Shown here: in pieces, positions 11,987-22,893 of the stretch
How the letters are laid out: every line of letters starts with the position of its first letter
How positions within the stretch are numbered: the stretch's first letter is position 1
NCBI GenBank assembly: GCA_010093605.1
Contig: MU004188.1
Span: forward strand, 1,999,918-2,063,917
Direction: 5' to 3'
Length of the DNA: 64,000 nt
From: Lophium mytilinum
Taxonomy: Eukaryota
Position numbers and translations under genes: made by a program
Notes under the pieces: generated by a model
Database searches by the model: none
What the model saw: only the letters and a program-made list of their open reading frames with translations
Told to the model about the DNA's origin: nothing

Positions 11987-12964
11987 TTTGCGAGAAATAA
12001 ATTGATGGTTGATAGCAAGTGTAAGAGAGCATGATCATGTTCTTGGGACCGGAGATCCTTTTGAACGCGCAACCCATGGTTTCCCAAACCCTTGTTTTAA
12101 TATCCATTTATGAGGTTTCGTATGGCACAAAAGGAAGACTAGGTAGTGTCTTGGTAACTAAGTAGTATTCCCTACTGCTGTGTTTTGCATCGGGCTGAGA
12201 AGGCACCGATGGTGCACCCCATCTCGCCGCAAATAGAACGACTGTACTAGTCTTATCTTCGACAATTGGACGAGCCTGGTGTATTATTACAGCCTACATG
12301 CAGTGTTATGTAGGGTTGTGAGGTATCACTAGTCGTTGACACCACATCATCTGCAAACCCCTGAGGCACGGCGTGGACTGGGGCACAAAAGCGGCTGTGG
12401 TGCGGGCTGTGCGGGCTGTGCGAGCCGCTGAATGAGGATAGTATACGCTTTCATAGTGGCCAACAGATATACTCTTAAACGAAAATAGAATTGATGAAAG
12501 TGATGATGGATGAGATATCGCGATGAAGGTTGAAGGATGAGAGCTGGTGATGCCGATACCGGAAAGCCGACTGCTTCGGAAACGTTCTTCCGGCCGTTCC
12601 CACCAATCCCGCCCGCTTTGCCAACCTGCACCCTTCCATCTCTTCACATGTATTTGCTCCGAGTCTTTCAATAAGCGAATATCTTCTTGCCCATCGGGCA
12701 CATATATTTGAAGAGATTCTCAACAATATTTTCACCGATTCCCTCGAACTCATTGTCGCGCACTTCTCCCCAGCCCCTCAGTAGATCCTCGGGAAAACGG
12801 CCAACAATCCCGTCTCGGGATCTCTTGCCTAGTCTAGTCCGACTCAACCTCGCTCTTATATATCCGCCTCCCTTTTTCGTCCTGTGCTGATTTCTTGATC
12901 GTGAACTCTCCTGTTCTTCTCCTTTCCTCCCTTTCCTTTTTATCTCGTCCAACCCAACCTTGAG

Positions 12965-14471
12965 ATGTCGGAAGAAGATACAACCGTCATCCTTGGCGCC
13001 GGCGTCATCGGCCTTTCAACCGCATATTACCTATCGCTCTCCTCTCTTAATACGCACATCCACCTCATTGATCCGCGCCCCCTTGAATCTTTACACACCG
13101 CCGCGTCCGCATTCGCAGGCGGTCTTCTAGCAAAAACATGGTTTCCGCCTGCGCTTGCGCCCCTTGGCGCGCTAAGTTTCGATCTGCATAAGCAGCTAGC
13201 GGCGCAGCACAGCGGGCGGGAGAAATGGGGATATGCAGGTGTGAGAGGCGTAAGCTTCGTTGAAGGAGAAGGAGAGGGGAAAGAGAGACCGGAAGACTGG
13301 CTGAAGCCGGAAGACTGGTTGGCGGGGGGTGGGAGTCGGGCTGATGCCGCTAGTGTGGAGGTCAGAGTGGGTAAAGGCCCGGCATGGCTGAGGAGAGCGG
13401 AGGGAAAGGGGGTGAGGGTTCTGAGTGGGCGAGATGGTGGAAGTAAGACCGCGTTGGTGTGAGTCTGATGATTGATACTGCCGACTCTCTTTCAATCTGG
13501 GTGTGGTCGAGATGATGTAATTTTACTAACATTCCCAGCGATCCCCTCAAACTCTGCGAGTTCCTCCTCGCTGAGTGTCTCTCCCGCGGCGTCCAGCTTC
13601 ACACCTCAACTACCGCTGTATCAATTACGTCCCGAATCTCCAATCTCAATTCCACTGGTCACGTGATCCACCTTCGCCAACCGAACGGTACCCTCTTCGT
13701 CCCTTTCTCAAATGTCGTACTCGCCGCTGGGGCATGGACATCGCCTGTCTATCGTACCTTATTTCCTACCTCCGATCTCGAGCTACCGATCACCGCGATT
13801 TCAGGCCATTCAGTACTCCTGAGGTCGTCTGAATGGGAAGCCCATCCAGCAAGTCAAGGAGTAGAGACAGACGCAGTGTTCGCAACGGATGAGAGTGGCG
13901 ATTACTTTCCCGAAATGTTTTACAGGGCTGATGGTAAGTTGACACATTTTGATTTTTTTTTCAGATATTGGAGCTGGGGATTTTGCAGCTCATTTGCGTA
14001 GCTCATCTAAATCTCGTAATTATCTTTCTCTAACGTACCGCAGGTTCAATTTGGCTTGGCGGCATCAATCATCCCTCCAGCGAAATTCCGCTCCCGCAGC
14101 CAAGTGCCAAACCCACTCCGCTTGCCTCATCAATCTCAAAACTCCGCGAGACCGCCGAGTACCTCTACGGCCTCCCATCTTCAAATATTGTCACTGAGCG
14201 CGAATCTATTTGCTTCCGCCCAGTGACTCCTGCTGGCTTGCCAATAGTTGCGAAAGTACCAGACGTGCGACTAGGACGGGGATGGGGACGGAGGAATGCG
14301 GTAGAAGGTGTCTACGTAGCAGCTGGGCATGGGCCTTGGGGCATTAGTGGTAGTCTTGGGACCGGCAAGGTTGTTAGTCAAATGGTGCTGGGAGAGGATG
14401 TCAGTGTCGACCTGAGCGGGCTAGGGCTACAGAAGGGAGGAGAGGGATGGCAAGCTAGAGCAAGGCTTTAG
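12965..14471 (+). CDS. FAD-dependent oxidoreductase (DAO/Tda3-like family), multi-exon
   Basis: VILGAGVIGLSTAYYL dinucleotide-binding motif, ASAFAGGLLA, VVLAAGAWT, CFRPVTPAGLP, YVAAGHGPWGISGSLGTG. Confidence 0.85.
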
Positions 14472-15241
14472 AGTGAAGAAACCTTAATCGAGTATCAGAG
14501 GTTGTAAATAAAGAGAGCGACCGCGAGGTCATAATAACAAGGGGGGACTTGATGACGTGGCCAATTTTATAGATGAAGCCTTTCCCTTCAAGAGGAGTAT
14601 AGGGAGTCTTTTCCTGAAATCATAGAGCGTCTGTTAACCTCGGTTTAGTTATTAATTTTTTTTTTTTTCAACGCACGCTTCAACACTTACCCATGGTACA
14701 TTACTCGCTAGCGAAACCACCATTGGTGGAGGTGCTGACCAATTAGTCCCCCATCACTCTATTACAAAGCATCCTTCTCCAACCCCAACACCACGACAAC
14801 AAGGCTACGTCGTAGGTAGCATCGGTTCGTGCCGCTTCTGCATGAAGATGAAGCCATTCGATCCCGTAATTAAATCCGGAATCCGTTTCTACGCCCCGAT
14901 GCGGTCAAACGCTCCAACTCCGTAGGATTATATCCCCGTAGCTGCACCAAACTTACAAATCGAAGAGGTCTTGTCAATAAAAAACCAGTCCTTGGTGTCG
15001 AGTTTCTGGGATGCTCGCGGTAGTGCTTCAGCCGCAACATGAGTCGTTGAACAGGATTAGTGCAGCTAGGTAATGGGATTCAATCATGGAATTCCAAATG
15101 TCTCAAGACCCTCAATTTCCCAAATCCTTCTTGAATGTATAAAAACCATGCGGGGCCATCTTCCAACTCACCGTCTGCACCTCTTACCTTCAGCATCATC
15201 TCGCATTCTAGACATCGGCAAACCCCTCGTCTCAACTCACC

Positions 15242-16261
15242 ATGCGTTTCCCAACCCTCTCCACCCTTTTCTCGTCCTCCCTCCTCCTCCAATGGTCTAC
15301 GGCCCTCGCCACCCGTAACAGCGTCCACACCGTCCACCAACTCCCCAAACCTACCTGGATCGAGAACATCGCCGCCCGCGCCGACGGCCACCTCCTCGTC
15401 TCCCTCCTAACCACCCCCGACCTCAACCTCATCAACCCCTTCGCGAACCCCCCCGCCACCACCCTCATCCACTCCTTCCCCCCAGACTTAGGCCTCCTCG
15501 GCATCACCGAAATCACCCCCAACAAATTCGTTATCCTCAGCGGCAACCTCTCCCTCACAACAATCACGGCACCCCCCGGCGAATTCGCCGCCTGGCTCGT
15601 CGACTTCAGCGCCCCAGCCCACTCCACCACCCCCGCCATCCGCAAACTCTCCCAACTCCCCTCCGACACGGGCCTCGCAAACGGCCTCACAGCCCTCAAC
15701 CCGCACACCGTCCTCATCTCCGACAGCACACCCGGCCGCCTACTCTCCTACAACCTGCACACCAACACCTTCGCCACCGTCCTCGCCGACCCCGCCACCA
15801 TGGCGCCGGCACCGAACCCAGGCAACATCAAGATCGGCATCAACGGGCTGAAGTACCGCGATGGCTACGCGTACTACACGAACATCTACATCAGCGGGCT
15901 GTACCGCGTGGCCGTGGACTGCGAGACGGGGGCGGCGAGGGGCGTGGTGGAGACGCTGACGACGAAGCTGGGGGAAGCGGATGATTTTGCGTTTACGGAG
16001 AGGGGGGATGTGGTGGTTGCGACGGATTCGGGGAATACGGTGTTGTTGGTGAGTCCGCCGAAGAAGGGGAAGGGGGAGTGGAGTGTGAAGACGATTGCGG
16101 GCGCGAAGGATGCGTTGACGGTTGCGGGGGGCACGAGTGTGGCGATGGGGAGGACGGCGAAGGATAGGGGGGTGGCGTATGTGGCGACGCAGGGGGGGTT
16201 GGCGGGGCCGGTGAATGGGGTTGTGGAGGGGGGGAAGGTTGTTGCGGTGGCGGTTTATTAG
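15242..16261 (+). CDS. Secreted SMP-30/gluconolactonase-like six-bladed beta-propeller protein
   Basis: Signal peptide, then TWIENIAARADG, LANGL, GINGLKYRDG and ADDFAF motifs. Confidence 0.75.
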   Translation: MRFPTLSTLFSSSLLLQWSTALATRNSVHTVHQLPKPTWIENIAARADGHLLVSLLTTPDLNLINPFANPPATTLIHSFPPDLGLLGITEITPNKFVILSGNLSLTTITAPPGEFAAWLVDFSAPAHSTTPAIRKLSQLPSDTGLANGLTALNPHTVLISDSTPGRLLSYNLHTNTFATVLADPATMAPAPNPGNIKIGINGLKYRDGYAYYTNIYISGLYRVAVDCETGAARGVVETLTTKLGEADDFAFTERGDVVVATDSGNTVLLVSPPKKGKGEWSVKTIAGAKDALTVAGGTSVAMGRTAKDRGVAYVATQGGLAGPVNGVVEGGKVVAVAVY

Positions 16262-16420
16262 GGGCGTGTGTGGGAAGTTGGAAGGGATGGGGTAGAGAGG
16301 GGATGGGCGGTATGAGCACGTATGAGGGAGCTATATTCGAAAAGTAGGACTAAAGATTATTTCATTACCGTGAAGAATAGCTACCTACTGCAATAATTCA
16401 AAAAGCCTAGATTATTGACA

Positions 16421-18733
16421 CTAGATCTGGCGGTCGTGAGGAGGCCGCCATGGAACGCCCAGAATCTCGAAGATCCGCTTTTCGCTCCTGCTCTCTACTA
16501 AGGTTCCCTCTGTGATCTTGGCTCGGTTCGGACCTCTCATCACATCCTTGAAAAGGCCTCGCTGGTTCAGTCGCATGCCTTTCTTGCTTGCTAACAGTCG
16601 GACACTTCGATTGAACAAGTCGTTGCCCGTGAAATAGATCAGGGCAGCGCCCATCTCGTTCCATGGCACTAAGAGAAGGTCGATACGGCGCCAGACGGAA
16701 GACCCAGGCAAGGCCGAGGCTCCATGCCACTTCGAGCCATTGTCTTTGCTTGTGGTAGCAAGGCCGACTTTGAGGAAATCTTCTTTCATGAGCTGAGGCA
16801 CGAGCTCATCAACAACTGTGTTCCGAATGTAGTCGATGGATCCCTTGGGGATGGTGATGACACAATCAATGTCGCCGCAAGTTTTCGCGCCACGCCGGTA
16901 AGATCCCATGATCGTAACCTCGAACAAGGGATCGATTTTCTGCAGAGCCTTCCGAACAATCTGGCCATGAACCTCGACTTCGATTCTGGAGATCCGAGTC
17001 GCGAAATCATCGTAATGTTCAATTCCGATGTTTTGGTTCTTTGTGAGATGGGCCTTTTCCTTCAGGTCATCTAAAGTTCGGTAGCCCTGCTGGATCCACT
17101 TGTGTGCCTGCGTCAGACCGACCCCATAGATACCCAGGAATAGGCGTAGGTTCTCGTCTAACGAGTCAGTCTTCGTGCTCTCGAGACGTCGAAGGCCATT
17201 CGTCATAGCGATCTCCTCAATTTTAGCCGCCAGCCGCTCGCCGATACATGGGAGACGAATGGCTTGTTCCTTAGTGGTAATCCATTCCGTCTGTTTCTTC
17301 AGTGTTGTGACCGCCTTCCGGTACGCGACGGTTCTCCACGAGTCCTGCATCATGTCGTAATATTTGCCCATTTCTTGGAGAACCTCGATAGTTCGCTGAT
17401 TGGGGTTTCCGGATGTGCTTGTACCGTCGTTCTTGGTCATACACTGAAATTTGGATTGATCGAATTTGCTAAATTGCATGGGTGACGTCTTCCGAATCTT
17501 TCGCGGTCGTTCCTCTTCTGATTCGGTATCCGTTCCCGTTCCCTCTGACGTGCTTGGTCGGCTTGACGCTTCATCTTCTTCAAAATCCAGGGGAAGATGT
17601 TCAAACGCCTTTGCTTGGCCAATGGCGGCCGACAAGGCATCAGAATACTTATGTCCAGACGAGAGGCCAGATCGTGAGTCCGGCCTAGGAGATCTCGACG
17701 GTTGCCGATCTGGAGATATCGTCCGCTTTCGTGACTTGGGAGCCTCCTGCCGAAAGCTATCTTCAATTCTGGAAGGGCTTCGCTCCTCCCGGGCCGCGGC
17801 TTTGCCCTTTGACGGCTTCAGCTGAAGAGAATCCTGCGACTCTAATTGGGGCGAAGAGGAGTGCAGATTTGTCGTAGAGACCTGTGGGTCAGGAGCGCCT
17901 CTGATCCTGTATAGTGGACCATGTGGTTCAAGTGGCAGACACTTCAAATCAAACACGCGCCCCATGTACCAATCCCAATTGGTGACGATGATATGTGCCG
18001 GTATCTGCTTCACACCGTACCTCTCTTCGAGATGCTTCAAGAGTTCCGTGTAATTGATCCTCTCATCGACGATCACGTGTGTAACATCGTCTCGCCATTC
18101 CTTGACCCAGGCGCCACCAAGTTCGATGACTTTGTGGATTCGTAAACGCCGACCTTCGTCATAGTCGTTGTTCTGGTAGAAGTATACAATCAGATTCTTC
18201 ATATATTGTTGGGATTCCGGCCGTAGCTTAATATTAGCGGGCTTAGGTATCTTGGAACGGCCAAGAGCTCGCGGAACATCCCCGACTTCCTTGTACCACT
18301 CCATCTTGGGTGGCGTAGGTAAAGTCGAAGAATGTTGAAGCTTTGGCGGAGTAGTCTTCTTGGGAGCACGGGATGCAGGTTGCTTCCCTTTGTCCACCTT
18401 CTGCACCTTCTTTGGGGCCATGTCCGGGGCCGATGACACTCTCTTGATACCTACAATCTTAGGGAAATCCTCTCGAGCTGCTTTGCGCATCTTTGTGGTG
18501 ACAATCTCGAACTCATTCTGCCGATCGCGCAATCGATCCGAATCCGAGCTCTCCCGCTTGGTCGCCTTTGGGCGTTTTGGTTTCACAGGTGGATCTACTA
18601 GCGCACGCTCCGCATCTATAAGCCTAGCGTCCGGGAACCCCGTCTCGTCGTCTTCGACGTCGAGAATGATGGCGCCTTTGAAGAAGGCGATCTTCGCGGT
18701 GATGGACTTGTCGAGGTCTCGATTGTTGGTCAT
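16421..18733 (-). CDS. POL4: DNA polymerase X family (Pol lambda/Pol IV) with BRCT domain
   Basis: BRCT-like region (VTHVIVD), lyase/HhH region (LPCIGERLAAKI, GIYGVG), GSYRRGAKTCGDID catalytic motif, RRIDLL, YFTGND, ILGVPWRPPHDR. Confidence 0.95.
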   Translation of the reverse strand: MTNNRDLDKSITAKIAFFKGAIILDVEDDETGFPDARLIDAERALVDPPVKPKRPKATKRESSDSDRLRDRQNEFEIVTTKMRKAAREDFPKIVGIKRVSSAPDMAPKKVQKVDKGKQPASRAPKKTTPPKLQHSSTLPTPPKMEWYKEVGDVPRALGRSKIPKPANIKLRPESQQYMKNLIVYFYQNNDYDEGRRLRIHKVIELGGAWVKEWRDDVTHVIVDERINYTELLKHLEERYGVKQIPAHIIVTNWDWYMGRVFDLKCLPLEPHGPLYRIRGAPDPQVSTTNLHSSSPQLESQDSLQLKPSKGKAAAREERSPSRIEDSFRQEAPKSRKRTISPDRQPSRSPRPDSRSGLSSGHKYSDALSAAIGQAKAFEHLPLDFEEDEASSRPSTSEGTGTDTESEEERPRKIRKTSPMQFSKFDQSKFQCMTKNDGTSTSGNPNQRTIEVLQEMGKYYDMMQDSWRTVAYRKAVTTLKKQTEWITTKEQAIRLPCIGERLAAKIEEIAMTNGLRRLESTKTDSLDENLRLFLGIYGVGLTQAHKWIQQGYRTLDDLKEKAHLTKNQNIGIEHYDDFATRISRIEVEVHGQIVRKALQKIDPLFEVTIMGSYRRGAKTCGDIDCVITIPKGSIDYIRNTVVDELVPQLMKEDFLKVGLATTSKDNGSKWHGASALPGSSVWRRIDLLLVPWNEMGAALIYFTGNDLFNRSVRLLASKKGMRLNQRGLFKDVMRGPNRAKITEGTLVESRSEKRIFEILGVPWRPPHDRQI

Positions 18734-19489
18734 GGTGGTGTAGATGTGGGTATAGAACGATATGTAAAGAAGCAGAGGAGGCCATGAGTGAGCGGCTTTA
18801 TATATACGCGTAAGAGCTGTTGGTGGGTGAATTGATTCAAATGATCTATATTCTAGCCAGCAGCGACAGGTGAATGGATGTGAGTGGAGGAGTGTTGTCG
18901 CACGAGAGGCAGCAGTCGCGTTAGACGCGTTCGGCCGTTTTAACCGGGCCTGCTCTAGCGTCGGGGTTCACTCGGCCCGAAGTCTCCTTCAGCCTTCAGC
19001 CCTACCTCAAAGAGCCTCACCCTTCGAATCTACTTTCGAACTCAGTCTTTCCATAATCATCTTGGTAATACCAGCATACAGTTCTAAAAAGCGCTCAACT
19101 CGAGGGTTCATCGCCAAGATCGACGCCGCATCGAGTACTGTCCTGCCCAAGGCTGGAAATCTCCAACACAGAGAGCGCATGTCTTCTGTATTTCTGCGAG
19201 CCACGAATTTGACAGCTGCAACTTGTCCCAGAGGCTCATAACCCCCTTACACCATTGAATATATGCCAGTAAAGTTATGAACCGCCTCGAGACGAGCAGT
19301 CTGCCTCGCCTCGCTAAGCATGTGGCCGAGCTCTGACCAGGGTAATTTCTTTTTTTACTTATTATGTTTTTTATCCCTTAACCCGTCGCACTTGGCTCTA
19401 CGATATCGATAAGAATATAACCAATATGAAGCTTCAAGTTATGAGAGCTGCAGCGAGATGCTTGAGCAACACATGCCCTCTAGGCTTTT

Positions 19490-19900
19490 CGTACAATGGC
19501 CTAGCACCGCCTGGGGCACTGTAGTACATTATAAGAGATCGTAAAAGGACAGTTTTAACAAGACTGAAAGCCTTGCGGACTACCTCAAACGGTGTCAGAC
19601 TGTCCCTTTACACAGAGAAAGTCCGAGCGTTGCGCCACGACGGGCCAACGGATATATTCACCTGAATCGGCATAGGAGTTTTTGCCGTCTGCCTAGAATG
19701 CTGCTTCATAAGGCGAAGAGTGCTGGCAGCAGAAATATATTTCGTTTCAAGAAGAAAGCGATTGTCAAACCACCGTGCTTGCTGATCGGATTGCCGCCGC
19801 TTGGTCGCAGCACATCAATATACCACTGCCCTGACAGTGGCATCGAGCTTGCAAAACCGACGCTCAGGCAGTGATATCCGTGTGTCCGAGTTTATCACTG
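19490..19900. mobile_element. Degenerate longer copy of MITE family A
   Basis: Left motif caccgcctggggcac and right end cagtggcatcgagc...ccgtgtgtccgagtttatcactg|TA resemble the 227-bp elements at 36471-36926. The left boundary is uncertain. Confidence 0.4.
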
Positions 19901-20137
19901 TAATCCAGGCCTGCTTATTTTTATTTTGTCCCCCTGCCTATCCATCCAATTCTCCCTTATGACTGCCGGCTAGGCCCTCTATATGCGTAAATAATCCATG
20001 GGCCAAATCTATATATAGAAGACCTAGCCTTGCGATGCCAAAGTTGACACCGCGAAGACCAGGCAACCTCCTGGACGGTCACTTACCTGATTTCCAAGCC
20101 ACTCCTGATAGTGCTATCGAACGATCAAAAGAAGGCG

Positions 20138-21762
20138 ATGTTGCTACGGCGCAGGAAACTCTTTAAATTCATCTTTTATCTCTTTTACGCTGACCAAGCT
20201 TTCAATATCATCTCTCTCCTTAATGGAGTCTTACGGCCTTCATATATGAGCCCACCCCCACACTACCTACAACTCGCAACGCAGATCCAGGACTCCTCAG
20301 AAAGCGGTCGTGGTAACTCGTACGGGAAGAAGGTCTTCATTGCCGCGAACATCATCAACGAAGAGCTCATTCGAGGGAGTTGGGGCGATAACCTCCTTCA
20401 ACTCGTCGATATCTTAGGCCCAGAGAATGTCTTCGTCAGCATCTATGAAAATGACGCCGGGTACGGGACTCGCGACGCATTAATGGATCTCCGTGATAAG
20501 CTATCCTGTGAGTCCTTGTTCCTCTGAAGACCCGGTAGCCAGCGACAGTCTCGCTGAACCCCTCCCTAGGCAACACCTCTATCGTCGCCGGCGACCACAT
20601 ATCCCTATCAAGCTTTCCCACCGTCATCATCCCTACCACTGGTGAAGTACGCACGAAACGTCTCCTCTACCTCGCAGAAGTCCGCAACCGTGCCATCCTC
20701 CCTCTTCAAAGCGGTCTCTCAATCGACGCCTGGGCTGCTTCCCACCCCACTTTCAAGAGCGCGGCCACCACTCGATTCGACCGTATTCTCTTCCTCAACG
20801 ACGTCTTCTTCAACCCGGTCGACGCAGTCCAACTTCTCTTCTCCACGAATGAGGGGAGATACGACGCAGCGTGCGCGATTGATTTCGTGGGAAAGGTGAA
20901 GTTCCACGACACATTCGTAGTGCGTGATACAGATGGATATAGTCTGGGTCTCGCTTTCTATCCATGGTTTACACCTTCTGGCAGTGCTACTAGCCGGAAC
21001 GATGTTCTCTCCCAAACCGACGCCGTCCGCGTCCGCAGTTGCTGGGGCGGGATGGCCGCCTTCGACGCCGCAGTCTTTCAGCCCACACCGCCCCCGCTAA
21101 CCATCTCTCCAACCTCTCGAACGCCTGTTCAAGACAAGCAAAATTCTTTTGCAGGCGACACGACAAACTCCTCCCTCTCGCTACCGGGCCTTACATTCCG
21201 CTCCATAACCGAACCCTTCTTCGAAGAAGGCGAATGCTGTCTCCTCTTCGCAGACCTCGAGATTCGTCGCGCCGCAATCCACAACATGTTTCCTGCCTCG
21301 TCATCTGTTCAATCTCAGTCCAGTGACGCCAAGCCACTATCCGCAGGCGTCTTCATCAACCCCTACATCCGCGTTGCCTACTCCCCCGCCACCTGGGCCT
21401 GGCTTCCGACCGCTCGCCGCTATGAGCGCACCTTCCAGTTCCTGCAATACTGGAGATCCAAAACAGGACATTGGCCAGAACACAACTACCGCCGCACGCA
21501 CGAGGCCGGCACGATGGTGGAAGAGCGCGTCTGGGTGTCGGAAACGGTTGGCGTGGAAGAACGGCGCGGGCTTTTTGGGAGACGGGTGGGGTCGGATCGG
21601 ATCGGGGGAAGGTGGGAAATACAGAGGAGAGTGGCGGATGCTGGGGGCTGGTGCGGGCAACGAAGAATGTTTTTGATGAAGAGGGACTTGGGGGAGGCGA
21701 ATCGGGATGGGTGGGGGCAGAACTGGGAAGAGGTAGACGTGCCGGGCGGGAAGGGGCAGTAG
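20138..21762 (+). CDS. Glycosyltransferase family 69 (CAP59/CMT1-like alpha-1,3-mannosyltransferase)
   Basis: N-terminal anchor, VFIAAN, LGPENVFVSIYEND, one intron (~20508-20569), YLAEVRNRAILPL, RILFLNDVFF, YDAACAIDF, VRSCWGGMAAFDA, ECCLLFADL. Confidence 0.85.
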
Positions 21763-22361
21763 GTAACTCCTGGACTAACTAGTTCTATTCTTTCGGCCAA
21801 TCATTCGTATGTGTCTCTGATTGTAGGAGTCTTGCATGGAGTACAAGAGAGAAAAGGATCGGATTTAGCGGGGCATATGTAGTTGATGGGAACAGAGCAT
21901 GGTTGCAAGTAGACTTTCCAGCGAAGTAAACTTTGATTCAGTGAATTCTACACTACCTTCTAACACACTAACGAAATTTTAACTTGGGTACATATTTCAA
22001 TTTATTTTAGCCGTCAAGCAATAACCCTGGGAGTATTACAGTGTGATATTCAGCTGTACTACGCACAAAAACATCTACAAACTCCCTTGAGTATACCGCC
22101 GGTGGCGTCCCAGGGTTAATGCGAGTTCAACTCCTAGTGTGTCTATTTTCAAAAAACAATACCACCAGACAAGTCTTTCTTTACTTTTTGCATGCTCTTT
22201 CGTTGGAATTCTTCAGGAACGTTCAATTATATTGTATCTATCTTTTGGACGACGAATTATGTTTGGCTTTTGAGCGTTAGAGAAAGGATATTCCTATATA
22301 TGGCACGTGACAAGAAAAGGGTCGAGGCCAAAAGGCTAGGGATATGTACGACATACCAGAG

Positions 22362-22844
22362 CAGTGGCAGGCTATTCTGTGCGCCCTGGTCGGTACTGCT
22401 TGGGGTACACCCACCGGATTCCAAACATCTAAGAGCGATGTCAAATCTCAAGCAGTGCATATCAGACAACCCCTTGTACTAAATGGCTGCACCTCTACTA
22501 AGCCACTCCTAGCATCGGTACCACGCCAGAAAAAGGGAAGCTAAAAAAATTTAATTTATTGTGCGCGTCCATCCGATTGTGGGGTGGAGATTCGCTTACC
22601 TTTTTCCCGTCCTGCTGCATCCTACCTAGGCCACCCCCAACATAGGCATCGCGCGAGAACGAACCAAAACCCCTAATTGCTGCATGTTAGCGTGCCTTTC
22701 CTATGTTTGTGGGGTGAATATTAGCTAACCTTTCGTCTAGACAGTTCTATAGCAGCTAGGGTACTTCTTACAGTGGTTTGATGTGAGCAATATCGGAGCC
22801 AAGCAGTGATAAATCCGTATGCCTAGACTTATCGTTCAATACTG
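22362..22844. mobile_element. MITE family A copy split by a ~260-bp nested insertion
   Basis: 22362-22481 aligns by eye with the left half (cagtggcagg...ctgcttggggtac...aagcagtgcatatcagac). About 22741-22844 aligns with the right half (agcagctagggtac...gtatgcctagacttatcgttcaatactg|TA). Confidence 0.6.
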
Positions 22845-22893
22845 TACGTAATTTCTCCAATCTACGAAGCGCTTCTATATCGCAGTGCAAATT

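Noticed and set aside
22090..22145. tRNA gene
   Set aside because: Only a T-loop-like GTTCAA is present, and I could not fold a D-arm or anticodon arm.
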